IMG/VR virus record: IMGVR_UViG_3300026302_000005
Location: 145,301-209,300 of that record
Strand: one strand, 5' to 3'
Origin: a virus
Taxonomy: Duplodnaviria > Heunggongvirae > Uroviricota > Caudoviricetes
Length of the DNA stretch: 64,000 nt
Below the pieces are notes generated by a model that saw only the letters and a program-made list of their open reading frames with translations, had not been told where the DNA came from and made no database searches. Below are positions 40,238-48,562 of this stretch, in pieces; the stretch's first letter is position 1, and each line of letters opens with the position of its first letter. The position numbers and the translations under genes are program-made.

Positions 40238-40561
40238 ATGGCCACCTACACCAAAGTTGAAAACCGTGGGCACACCCTTCACCTGATCAAACTGAGCCGC
40301 GATTTGGACGGATCATCCGTTTATCTCGACATCACCCGTGTGGTGAAAGAGGCCATGAAACAGGACGCTCTTGCTGGGTATGAGTTTAACGGGCCACGAG
40401 CCGCAAACGAGATTATCCGTGCCTCGGACTACGCTGACTATGTGAGTCAGCACATCACCTGGGACACCCTCCCGAACTATCACACTCGCCAATACTCGGT
40501 GTTCACCGAGCGGGCCCAAACAGCCGATACAAGCAATGCTGGCACCCTCGTTTCTGTCTGA
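40238..40561 (+). CDS. Hypothetical protein
   Basis: AGGA SD; 107 aa. Confidence 0.7.
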   Translation: MATYTKVENRGHTLHLIKLSRDLDGSSVYLDITRVVKEAMKQDALAGYEFNGPRAANEIIRASDYADYVSQHITWDTLPNYHTRQYSVFTERAQTADTSNAGTLVSV

Positions 40562-40943
40562 CTCCGACCGGCAGAAGCTGGTCGCGATCAATCAACGCCT
40601 TCTCGGGAAAAATACTCCCGAGGAGGTTGCGGAGCTTCAAGAGGAACAACATGCTATCATGGCGAAGCGCAAAGAGCTTCCTGAATGCACGTTTGATGAA
40701 CTTCAAGAACTTCGAGCCCAGCTATTCGATCAATACCAAAAGCATGCCGCGATTGGGTCTAAGCAGGCCCGGGTGATCGCCCAGTATCTTCGTCAAGTAG
40801 AATTCCGAGAGATGGCATTTGCCCAGAAGGCAGATGATATGATTGTGTCCGCACCAGAACGAGTCCTTGCCAATGTCCCAAAAAGCAGAAGTCGAGTATC
40901 ATCCAAACCGTCTCAGTATAACTGGACCATCGATGTTGACTAG
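40536..40943 (+). CDS. Hypothetical coiled-coil protein
   Basis: 135 aa; start uncertain. Confidence 0.6.
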   Translation: MLAPSFLSDSDRQKLVAINQRLLGKNTPEEVAELQEEQHAIMAKRKELPECTFDELQELRAQLFDQYQKHAAIGSKQARVIAQYLRQVEFREMAFAQKADDMIVSAPERVLANVPKSRSRVSSKPSQYNWTIDVD

Positions 40944-41148
40944 CCAACTCCGGCTCCTGGAGATGTCAGTCGGTTTGGATAAACAGGCCATCCTTGGTCA
41001 ATACCATGTGCTGTGTGGAGTCACTGGTCAGCAAATCCCACTTTCTGAGCTAAAGTATTGGAATGTCGAGAGACAAATCCCATACCTTTCGCCAGAAATT
41101 ATACCGGTTTCGCACTTTTATCCACACTTAGTGGGTGAACGGTCTTGA
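40933..41148 (+). CDS. DUF2093-like protein
   Basis: VLCGVTGQQIPLSELKYWNVERQIPY matches the alphaproteobacterial CAVTG..IPL..L.YW.V.RQ..Y pattern. Confidence 0.7.
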   Translation: MLTSQLRLLEMSVGLDKQAILGQYHVLCGVTGQQIPLSELKYWNVERQIPYLSPEIIPVSHFYPHLVGERS

Positions 41149-41201
41149 TCTACCGGATGTAGGACCCACATATGTCGTATCAACTGTTAGGATAATCCAT
41201 A

Positions 41202-42374
41202 ATGGACAAACCGCTAAAGAACCAGATCATTCAAGCGTCCGAACTGATGCTGGCTACACCAGAATACACCAGGACGGACCTGATCCGGATGTTGCAGGAA
41301 CAAGCAGAAGAGTCACCCACGATTCGGGTTACTCGGGATCGGTTCCGCGCTCTGACCGGGTTGAAGGATTCGGTGTGGGCTGCTCATTTCGGAACGTTCC
41401 CGGCCTTCATGGAGGCGGCTGGTATCAACACCAGTCCGATGACCCGGGCACTGACCAATCAGATCGCTCGCCATTCACGTAAGGACTACATCCGTGAAGT
41501 CTCCAACGCCCGCCTGACCTGGGGCGACACCTATCGGAAGCCCGACAATGGTGAACGCTTCAAGACGATGATCATCGCATCGGATTTCCACGATACCGAA
41601 ACCGATGCTTTCTGCATGCGGATGTTCGTGGAAGCTCTGACCCAGATACAACCGGACATCGTGTGTGTCAACGGCGATCTGTTCGATCTTCCGGAATTCT
41701 CTCGTCACCCCAAAGACCCCCGTGACTGGGACCTGGTAGGACGAATCAATCGTGGTCTCTCCGTGTTGGAGACGATCCGGAACATCTGTCCGACGGCTCA
41801 GATCGATCTGGTCGAGGGTAATCACGAAGCCCGGGTCGTGAAATTCATGGTGGAAAACTCTCCCCAGTTGATGGAGATTCTTTCGGACCACCACGACATG
41901 GATATCCGGAAACTGTTGAAGCTGGACGAATACGGGGTGAACTACATCGCCACGGCTGACCTGGCTGCATTCTCGGATGCACAGTTGTCGCAGTCGATTC
42001 GCTCGTCCGAGAAAATCTACTACGGCTTCATTCGTGCCCGTCACCACCCGCCGTCAAAGAAGGACCCCGTGCTGATGCCCGGTTTCCATGGTCATCACCA
42101 TGCTCACCTGGTTACCACCCATTGGGCTCACAACCTGGGATCGTTTGAGTGGCATCAGCTTGGTGGCATGCACAAGCGACTGGCGTCCTATACGGATGGT
42201 CGGAAGTGGAACTGTGGCTTCTTGTATGCGGTTGTGGACACCAAATACGAACGGGTGAACTTCCACTACACGAATGTCGGTGACACCGGATGCCAGCTTG
42301 GTGGACAATACTACGAACGTCTCAAGACCGAGTATTATCCCCAACTGATCGCCGAACTGGAGCGTAGCTATTGA
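41202..42374 (+). CDS. Calcineurin-like metallophosphoesterase with N-terminal helical domain
   Basis: SDFH, NGDLFD, EGNHE, ARH, GHHH motifs. Confidence 0.85.
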   Translation: MDKPLKNQIIQASELMLATPEYTRTDLIRMLQEQAEESPTIRVTRDRFRALTGLKDSVWAAHFGTFPAFMEAAGINTSPMTRALTNQIARHSRKDYIREVSNARLTWGDTYRKPDNGERFKTMIIASDFHDTETDAFCMRMFVEALTQIQPDIVCVNGDLFDLPEFSRHPKDPRDWDLVGRINRGLSVLETIRNICPTAQIDLVEGNHEARVVKFMVENSPQLMEILSDHHDMDIRKLLKLDEYGVNYIATADLAAFSDAQLSQSIRSSEKIYYGFIRARHHPPSKKDPVLMPGFHGHHHAHLVTTHWAHNLGSFEWHQLGGMHKRLASYTDGRKWNCGFLYAVVDTKYERVNFHYTNVGDTGCQLGGQYYERLKTEYYPQLIAELERSY

Positions 42375-42376
42375 GT

Positions 42377-42676
42377 ATGGGTGACTCAATCACCACAGAT
42401 CGGATCGTGAAGGTCCACCGCCCGAAGTGGTGGAAGGTGATCATCAATCATGATCCCCACGTGCCGGTTGAGTTCAATGTGAGCCTTCTACTGACCTACT
42501 TCAACATGGATGTGTTGACGGCTCATAAGCACGTGTCTGAGGTTTGGAGCAAGGGTAGCACGATTGCAGGTGTCTACACGTTCGAGGTGGCTGAGACCAA
42601 ACTCGGACTATGTGGAATGATCGCACGGCAAAACAACTTACCCTTCCGTTTGATCCTCGAACCGGTTCACGAATAA
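42377..42676 (+). CDS. clpS: ClpS-like adaptor protein (divergent)
   Basis: P..WKVII....P.EF...LL..F....A.....V...G....GVYTFEVAETK..AR....P. Confidence 0.8.
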   Translation: MGDSITTDRIVKVHRPKWWKVIINHDPHVPVEFNVSLLLTYFNMDVLTAHKHVSEVWSKGSTIAGVYTFEVAETKLGLCGMIARQNNLPFRLILEPVHE

Positions 42677-42692
42677 ATTTGCGTTTGAGGGC

Positions 42693-42721
42693 TTGACCAT
42701 TACGGTTGGTGTGAGTATATT
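42693..42721 (+). promoter_or_regulatory. Sigma70-type promoter for the Y RNA/ro60 transcript
   Basis: TTGACC 42693-42698, 17 bp, TATATT 42716-42721. Confidence 0.75.
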
Positions 42722-42730
42722 GACCTTCAT

Positions 42731-42795
42731 GACGGGCCGAAGCACCGTGGGTTATCGTGAACTGGTGAACCCCACACTGCATCCACTTGCCCGTC
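42731..42795 (+). ncRNA. Y RNA (Ro60-binding), minimal
   Basis: Terminal stem GACGGGC/GCCCGTC followed by the bulged-helix signature GGCCGAAG / CTTGCC; upper stem GTGGGTT/AACCCCAC; lies upstream of a Ro60 gene, just after a promoter. Confidence 0.8.
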
Positions 42796-42817
42796 TACGA
42801 AATTCTGGAAGACTGAC

Positions 42818-42988
42818 GATGGAACTACGTGATAACACCGCAACGAAATCAGCCGCCCCCTCGGGGTGCGATTTCGCATCCATCAACACCGACTAACCGC
42901 ATCCATTCGGGGGCGGTTCGGCCCTCGGAATAGATCGACGATCTCTCCTATGGGCACACCCACCGGCTACAGGCCAAAACAGGAGAGA
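42818..42988 (+). promoter_or_regulatory. Structured ro60 leader with SD-sequestering hairpin
   Basis: Stems GATGGA/TCCATC, CGAAATC/GATTTCG, AACCGC/GCGGTT and TCTCTCCT(42942)/AGGAGAGA(42981-42988, the SD). Confidence 0.6.
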
Positions 42989-42993
42989 CCATC

Positions 42994-44628
42994 ATGGCAC
43001 AAGCATACGCACAAATGGCAGGCAAGGTTCGGGCTTCCAAGTCCACCGCATTGACCTCCCAATCCGCGCCCATTCCGGGCCGCGAAGTCGAGCAAGTCGT
43101 GAACGCCGCTGGAGGCTACAGCTTCAAGGCGGATAACTGGGCTCGCCTGGACCGGTTCCTGATTCTCGGTGTCACCGGCAACTCGATCTATGAAAAGCAG
43201 GCCGACATGGTGAAGTCCAACGCGGGCCTCATCGACGTTCTGCTCAAGGAAGATGGTGTTCGTGTGGTCAACCAGATCGCCGATGTCTTGACGAACTCTC
43301 GTTCGCTCAAGGTGGATGCTCCGCTGTTCGCTCTGGCGATGGCTGCTGCATCGGCTGACGAAGCAACCCGGGCTCGTGCCATGGCAGTTCTGTTCGAGGT
43401 TGTTCGCACCCCGACCCAACTGTTCACGTTCGTGAACTATGCCAACTCCATGCGTGGTTGGGGTCGTGCGCTTCGTCGAGGCGTTGCCCGCTACTACCTG
43501 GACACGGCAATGCCGAAGCTGGCCATGCATGCGTGGAAATACAAGTCCCGCGATGGCTGGTCGCACCGTGATGTTCTTCGTCTGGCTCACGCCAAGACGG
43601 ACGACGCTGCCCGTAACGCTGTGCTGGCCTACATGACCCATGGCAAAGTGCCGACCGCAACCGATGACCGGGCTCTGGCTCAGATCGCGGCTGCGGAAGA
43701 ACTTCTGCACACCAAGGACGTGAAGAAGGCCGTAAACCTGATTCGCGACCACCGCCTGACTCGTGAAGCCGTTCCGACGGAACTTCTGAACGATAAGGCG
43801 ATCTGGGAAGCTCTGCTGGAAGACATGCCGGTGAACGCCCTCGTGCGTAACCTCGGCAAGATGTCCAGCATCGGTATGGTCGGTCAGATGTCGGCAACCG
43901 AACGGAAGATCGTGGAGGTTCTGGGCAACCAGGATCAGATCACGCGATCCCACATCCACCCGATGGCGATTTACATCGCCCTCAAGACGTATGAGCAGGG
44001 CAAGGGCTTCAAAGGCTCGCTGACCTGGAATGTGAACCGTGCCGTGGCCGATGCGCTTGACAGTGCATTCTACCTGGCCTTTGGCAACGTCGAGAAGACC
44101 GGCAAGCGTATCCTGCTGGCCATCGACGACTCCGGTTCCATGCGTGGTGGTTGGGGTGGTGGTTCTCTGATGGATGGCCTGATGTCGCCGAACGAGGCTG
44201 CATCGGCAATGGCGTTGGTCACCTATATGGTGGAACCGTCGTCCATGCTGATCGGTTACTCTGACCGATACCGGGCAATCGATCTGAGCCGCAAGTCCAC
44301 GATCAAGCAGTTGATCGGCAAGATCGCCTCGGTCGGTGCTGGCACGGATACGTCCCTGCCGGTGAAGTTCGCGGCTGACCAGAAGATGGACTTCGATGCC
44401 ATCGTCTCGTTCACCGACAACAACACGTGGTCCGGTTACGGCCATGTGACGGAGCACCTGCGGAACTACCAGAACAAGATCGGTCACCCGGTTCGGTTCT
44501 TGAACGCCGCAATGGAAGCCAATGGCAGCACGGACGTCGATCCGACGAACCCGAACATGCTGGAGCTTTCTGGTATGAGTGCCAACACGCCGCAGATCAT
44601 CAGCGAGTTCATCGCTGGTCGTGTCTGA
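42994..44628 (+). CDS. Ro60/TROVE-domain RNA-binding protein (Rsr-like)
   Basis: N.AGGY.F..RLDRFLILG, GWGRALRR, KY.SR.GWSHRDVLRLAH, ALVRNLG, HP; vWA MIDAS DDSGSM, GTD, TDN.TW. Confidence 0.95.
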   Translation: MAQAYAQMAGKVRASKSTALTSQSAPIPGREVEQVVNAAGGYSFKADNWARLDRFLILGVTGNSIYEKQADMVKSNAGLIDVLLKEDGVRVVNQIADVLTNSRSLKVDAPLFALAMAAASADEATRARAMAVLFEVVRTPTQLFTFVNYANSMRGWGRALRRGVARYYLDTAMPKLAMHAWKYKSRDGWSHRDVLRLAHAKTDDAARNAVLAYMTHGKVPTATDDRALAQIAAAEELLHTKDVKKAVNLIRDHRLTREAVPTELLNDKAIWEALLEDMPVNALVRNLGKMSSIGMVGQMSATERKIVEVLGNQDQITRSHIHPMAIYIALKTYEQGKGFKGSLTWNVNRAVADALDSAFYLAFGNVEKTGKRILLAIDDSGSMRGGWGGGSLMDGLMSPNEAASAMALVTYMVEPSSMLIGYSDRYRAIDLSRKSTIKQLIGKIASVGAGTDTSLPVKFAADQKMDFDAIVSFTDNNTWSGYGHVTEHLRNYQNKIGHPVRFLNAAMEANGSTDVDPTNPNMLELSGMSANTPQIISEFIAGRV

Positions 44629-44652
44629 TCGATAATCGCACCTAGCGATCCT

Positions 44653-44687
44653 GAAAAGGCCGGAGCCCCCGTGGTTCCGGCCTTTTT
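44653..44687 (+). terminator. Intrinsic terminator after ro60
   Basis: AAAAGGCCGGAGCC...GGTTCCGGCCTTTTT. Confidence 0.85.
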
Positions 44688-44853
44688 GCTTTGCCAAGCA
44701 CGTGAAAATATGAGCATAGCCTCCAACCTATCCTCAAAATTTAGAAAATGAGAGAATTACCGCACATTCAAAGCTCCGATTGCTAAATACTCATGTGACA
44801 AAATGAGGCCGATGCCCAGGGCGTCACGAATCAGTTAGCAATGAGGAACGAAC

Positions 44854-45165
44854 ATGTTTGACGAAAAAGAACAGGCCACCGGACTTGGCGGCATCACCGT
44901 GCAAGACGCTTGGGTTGGTCTCCAGCTTTTGGACAAAGCCGCTGCCAGTGGCGTTATCCAACCGATTGAGTTCGAGGTCCTGTCGAAGTGGCGGGGCGCT
45001 CTGACCACTGCGATCCAGCGGGCCATCGGCAAGAACTTCGATGAAGAGGTCATGAAGCAGCGTCAGTTGCAGGCCGAAGCCGTTCGTCAGTCCCAGGAAG
45101 AAGCCCTGGCTGCACAGACTGCCGCCCGTGCCGCCGCCCAGACTGAGGCCGCACAAGCGGAGTAA
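44854..45165 (+). CDS. Hypothetical late protein
   Basis: TAAATA 44784; GAGGA SD. Confidence 0.75.
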   Translation: MFDEKEQATGLGGITVQDAWVGLQLLDKAAASGVIQPIEFEVLSKWRGALTTAIQRAIGKNFDEEVMKQRQLQAEAVRQSQEEALAAQTAARAAAQTEAAQAE

Positions 45166-45219
45166 TCCGTGTCCTGGTGCCCCACTGGGGCACCATTCAC
45201 CCTTTAGGAGGAATTTGCC

Positions 45220-45966
45220 ATGGACGGCAATCGTCACTTCGCCACAGTAGCTGGCAACAATGAAGAGGTAGTCATTCTTGGCTACCGTAGCAAAACCGGC
45301 GAAGTTCTGGTCTGCTATCTCTCGGCCCTTCCCCAGTCGGAAGCACAGAATCTGAAATCAGTCGTGTTGAGCCATGAAGCCCAGCGCAAGGACTTCCTGA
45401 TGGACGTCGTTAGCGGATCGGTTCTTGAAAAAGCACATCACCCGACTGCCGGTCGATCCTGGCAGGACCATCTGGTTCGTCTGCTCTCCAAGCGCAGTCA
45501 GATCGTCAGGACGCTTACCCTGAAAGACCTGAACTTCCACGATGCGAGCCAGAAGGCATATTTCAGCGGCTACGGCCCCAGCATCGAGCCCGAGATAGAT
45601 CGTGTCCGCAAGGCTCGGATCATCGCTCAGGATGCGCAGGTTTCCGGTCGTGGTATCCCTGAGCCGACACAGGATCAGATCGATGCCGCTCTGGCAACGC
45701 TTCCACCGGTTCACACCGAAGACCGCCCTGCACCAGCAGCAAAGACCGCACCGGCACCCGATCAGAGCGATGCCATCGTTGGTGCTCTTGCAATGCTGGC
45801 CCAATCGCAACAGGCCATGATGACCATGATGGCCCAGATGGCGAACTCTCTGGCCCCGGCTGCTCCGGCTGCTCCCGCACCAGTGGCAAAGGCTGCACCA
45901 GTAGCAAAGGCTGAGCCGAAGGTCAAGCGGCCCTACACGAGACGGGCTCCGGCCAAAACTGCCTGA
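45220..45966 (+). CDS. Hypothetical protein with Ala/Pro/Lys-rich tail
   Basis: AGGAGG SD; 248 aa. Confidence 0.75.
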   Translation: MDGNRHFATVAGNNEEVVILGYRSKTGEVLVCYLSALPQSEAQNLKSVVLSHEAQRKDFLMDVVSGSVLEKAHHPTAGRSWQDHLVRLLSKRSQIVRTLTLKDLNFHDASQKAYFSGYGPSIEPEIDRVRKARIIAQDAQVSGRGIPEPTQDQIDAALATLPPVHTEDRPAPAAKTAPAPDQSDAIVGALAMLAQSQQAMMTMMAQMANSLAPAAPAAPAPVAKAAPVAKAEPKVKRPYTRRAPAKTA

Positions 45967-46059
45967 TCGATCAGATAGATCAACATTCGGAGGGGGCAAG
46001 TGTTGATCTTGTCCCCTTTGATCATTATATGGCACAGGTAACACGAAAGAGGAGCTTTC

Positions 46060-46431
46060 ATGCAGTCTTTAGATTTGAACCGATTCGTTGGACAGGTGCG
46101 GGTGTTCTCACTGGTCAACGGTCAAGAGGTTACCGCCAAGGTGACCTCGGTTGATGGAGAAACCATTCGGGTATCCAAACCCCGTTTGTTTTTGCCGTCA
46201 CCGAATCCCCGCAACCCGAACGAACTCTCGGTGGCATGTTTGTCCATGGGTTATCCCCTGAACGAAGCTGACGAAGACCTTCGTCTTGATGTGGCCCACA
46301 TCATCACCACCTATACGCCAAAGCCCGATCTGCTTGCCGCCTATACCCAGAAGACCTCTGGTATCGTATCGGCACCAGCCGGGGTGCTGGACCAACTCAA
46401 AGGTCTAGACTTCTCGAAGATCGGTCGATGA
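46060..46431 (+). CDS. Sm-like fold protein (putative)
   Basis: FSLVNGQEVTAKV..V.KP pattern. Confidence 0.55.
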   Translation: MQSLDLNRFVGQVRVFSLVNGQEVTAKVTSVDGETIRVSKPRLFLPSPNPRNPNELSVACLSMGYPLNEADEDLRLDVAHIITTYTPKPDLLAAYTQKTSGIVSAPAGVLDQLKGLDFSKIGR

Positions 46432-46607
46432 TCAGACTGATTCGAAAATGGCTAGGGCTACCATGCCACGTGGCGTATGAGCGTGTCCCTGATCATCTAC
46501 GTGACCAACTCACCCAGGGCTTCGCCATATGTTTGGAGTGCGGTAATATGCATCTGACGAAGCCCCGGATTTCCGATGGTGAACTCCGACGGATGTTCGG
46601 TAGTTGA
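46428..46607 (+). CDS. Small Cys/His protein (59 aa, not in ORF track)
   Basis: MIRLIRKWLGLPCH..CLECG; ATGA coupling; ends at a terminator. Confidence 0.55.
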   Translation: MIRLIRKWLGLPCHVAYERVPDHLRDQLTQGFAICLECGNMHLTKPRISDGELRRMFGS

Positions 46608-46648
46608 AAACGAAGAAGGCCCGGATCGATCCGGGCCTTCTTCGTTTC
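46608..46648. terminator. Bidirectional terminator
   Basis: AAACGAAGAAGGCCCGGAT-CG-ATCCGGGCCTTCTTCGTTT. Confidence 0.85.
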
Positions 46649-46660
46649 GTCTTATGGTGA

Positions 46661-47938
46661 TCAGACCTTCGAACGACCAGTCCAGTCCTTGATGCTTTTC
46701 GGCAGATACTTCTGGCCTTCGATGAAGATGTGGCGGATTTTTGCTCCAAATCCATATTCCTCGATGGCCTCAGTGCGGAAGTTCCGCAGTGCCATGTCGG
46801 TATCACGAGCCTGGGTGATCATGTCGAGATCGATGACTTCCCCATCAGCTTCGATTCGAACCATGCCTTCTACAACCTTGAGGGACTGACGATACTTGAG
46901 GTCAGCCTGTTCCAAGATACGCTCGAACGCAGCCTGGAGAGTCCGGGTGAACTGCTGACGGCTTTCATACATACCGTTGTAATCACCCTGGGTGACCTGG
47001 AAGAACCGGTTCATTGCAGCTTTGGTCAGACGCTTGGCGGTATCCGGGGCATTGTTGTATTGCGCATCCATGGCTTCGAAGATGGTCGAGAGCAATGCAC
47101 GATCCTTCTTCCATGCCGCGTCGGGGCCACGTTTGACGGTGACTTCATAGCCGAAGTTGCGATAGCTCTCGATGAGCTTTGATGCCACATCACGGTGGAT
47201 GATGCCGAAGCTGGCCTTGGGCTGACCATTGACCACAACCTGGACCGATTCCATGACGTTGTGACCCTGGACGTTCCGCTCCCACGACGGTGCCTTTCCA
47301 GCATCCGATGGGGTCTTCATGCTGCCGGTCGGGCCGGATATCTGAGCGACCTTCTTCTGGTCAACCGGGGTCTTCATGCTGGCAGCTTTACGTGCCGGTG
47401 CGGTAGTTCCATTGAGGGATGCAGCAGTCGGGGCTTTGACCTCTGGAGTCTTGCCGTTCTTGCTGCCCAGCGTGGCGTTGCCATGCGGAGTGCCCTTGAC
47501 GTATTTGTCGGCGAAGTCAGCAGCCGGAATTCCACCCTTGGGGGACTTGCCTGCTTCGGTGCCCTTGATGGCCCCGGTGATCTCTTTCATCTTGGTCGTC
47601 TGGTTGGGTGATGTCTTCTTGGCCGCTGGGGTGGCAGGAGACTTCTCGTTCTTGGCCGAACTGAATTTCGGAACCGGCATCACGCCAGCCTTGTCACCGC
47701 GCTCTGCCTGGGGAATGCCAGGGGCAGCTTTGCTCGAAGACTTGCCATTGGATGGCGATTTGTGTTGCGAAGGCACCTCGATTTGTGATACCTTGTCCTT
47801 ACGCCCAGATAGGTCCTTGGGTGTTCCGACAGCCTTAGACTTTCCGTCCGGGGCTTTCATGGTGTCGTATTTGGCCTTCACTTCTTCTGATTCACGCAGA
47901 AGGTGGTCCTGGACGAGTTGGATGCTGAGCTTGGTCAC
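46661..47938 (-). CDS. Lys-rich late protein, probable internal head protein
   Basis: TAAATA 47986-47991, GAGGA SD, GTG 47938; LLRES and VMES motifs; low-complexity K/P/S/A region. Confidence 0.7.
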   Translation of the reverse strand: MTKLSIQLVQDHLLRESEEVKAKYDTMKAPDGKSKAVGTPKDLSGRKDKVSQIEVPSQHKSPSNGKSSSKAAPGIPQAERGDKAGVMPVPKFSSAKNEKSPATPAAKKTSPNQTTKMKEITGAIKGTEAGKSPKGGIPAADFADKYVKGTPHGNATLGSKNGKTPEVKAPTAASLNGTTAPARKAASMKTPVDQKKVAQISGPTGSMKTPSDAGKAPSWERNVQGHNVMESVQVVVNGQPKASFGIIHRDVASKLIESYRNFGYEVTVKRGPDAAWKKDRALLSTIFEAMDAQYNNAPDTAKRLTKAAMNRFFQVTQGDYNGMYESRQQFTRTLQAAFERILEQADLKYRQSLKVVEGMVRIEADGEVIDLDMITQARDTDMALRNFRTEAIEEYGFGAKIRHIFIEGQKYLPKSIKDWTGRSKV

Positions 47939-48019
47939 TTGTATTTTCCTCACCGGTGTCTTAGATAACCACATGGGCTACGGGTTATTTATGCGGAAAC
48001 ACGAATCAGGATCACAGAT

Positions 48020-48562
48020 ATGAGCACAGTCCTCATCGACATGCCTGATCGCATCATTACGGACACCGGTGCGATGGTGGCAAAGCATCCACTTTTGCTG
48101 GCGCTGGCCTTAAATGGTGAGAGAATTGACCACCTTCCTTACGTGGCCCATCCAGACATCGACCGGTTTCATAGAACCAACGGAACTATCAAAACGGCGA
48201 AACGGTGGTCCAGCGATACCCCGAGTGAGCCATCACTGGACACTTTCATTTGGTCCACACCGGAGCCATATTCCAGTATGGATGTGTCTGAATTGTGCTG
48301 GGACATGATGAAGACTCATGACCTGGATCAAAACCCTGCATATCGAGATCGTTTGATCCGTGAACTCGATGTGGCCACCACCCTGGGTATGTATGACTTC
48401 ATTCGCTGCCTGATTTGGATCACCGACACGATGCGAATTCATCAGGTCCCGTGGGGTTTGGGTCGAGGATCGTCCTGTGCCAGCCTGATCATGTTTCTAC
48501 TGGGTGTCAACAAGGTGGACCCAGTTCGCTATCACATCCCAATGGAGGAATTCTATAAATGA
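48020..48562 (+). CDS. DNA polymerase III alpha (DnaE)-like fragment
   Basis: Y.DRL.REL..G..DF..WG.GRGSS.AS..FLLG..VDP..Y.I..F. Confidence 0.85.
   Translation: MSTVLIDMPDRIITDTGAMVAKHPLLLALALNGERIDHLPYVAHPDIDRFHRTNGTIKTAKRWSSDTPSEPSLDTFIWSTPEPYSSMDVSELCWDMMKTHDLDQNPAYRDRLIRELDVATTLGMYDFIRCLIWITDTMRIHQVPWGLGRGSSCASLIMFLLGVNKVDPVRYHIPMEEFYK

Noticed and set aside
40536-40561. Possible fourth +1 frameshift joining 40238-40561 to 40536-40943
   Set aside because: An ordinary short overlap with an ATG is available, and there is no motif evidence that the two ORFs are one protein.
42693-42896. 67-aa ORF and internal 25-codon uORF (ATG 42819) in the ro60 leader
   Set aside because: The ORF starts inside the -35 box, the uORF has only a weak SD, and RNA structure explains the region better; a leader peptide is not fully excluded.
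42889-42930. Possible tRNA or tRNA-like T-arm (GGTTCG) as in YrlA
   Set aside because: No T-loop consensus with a closing 5-bp stem, and no cloverleaf or CCA could be built.
42967-44697. 576-aa antisense ORF over ro60 (likewise 49594-51363, 36740-38026, 57920-58978, 619-1584)
   Set aside because: Shadow ORFs from strong codon bias on the coding strand; no recognisable motifs or translation signals.
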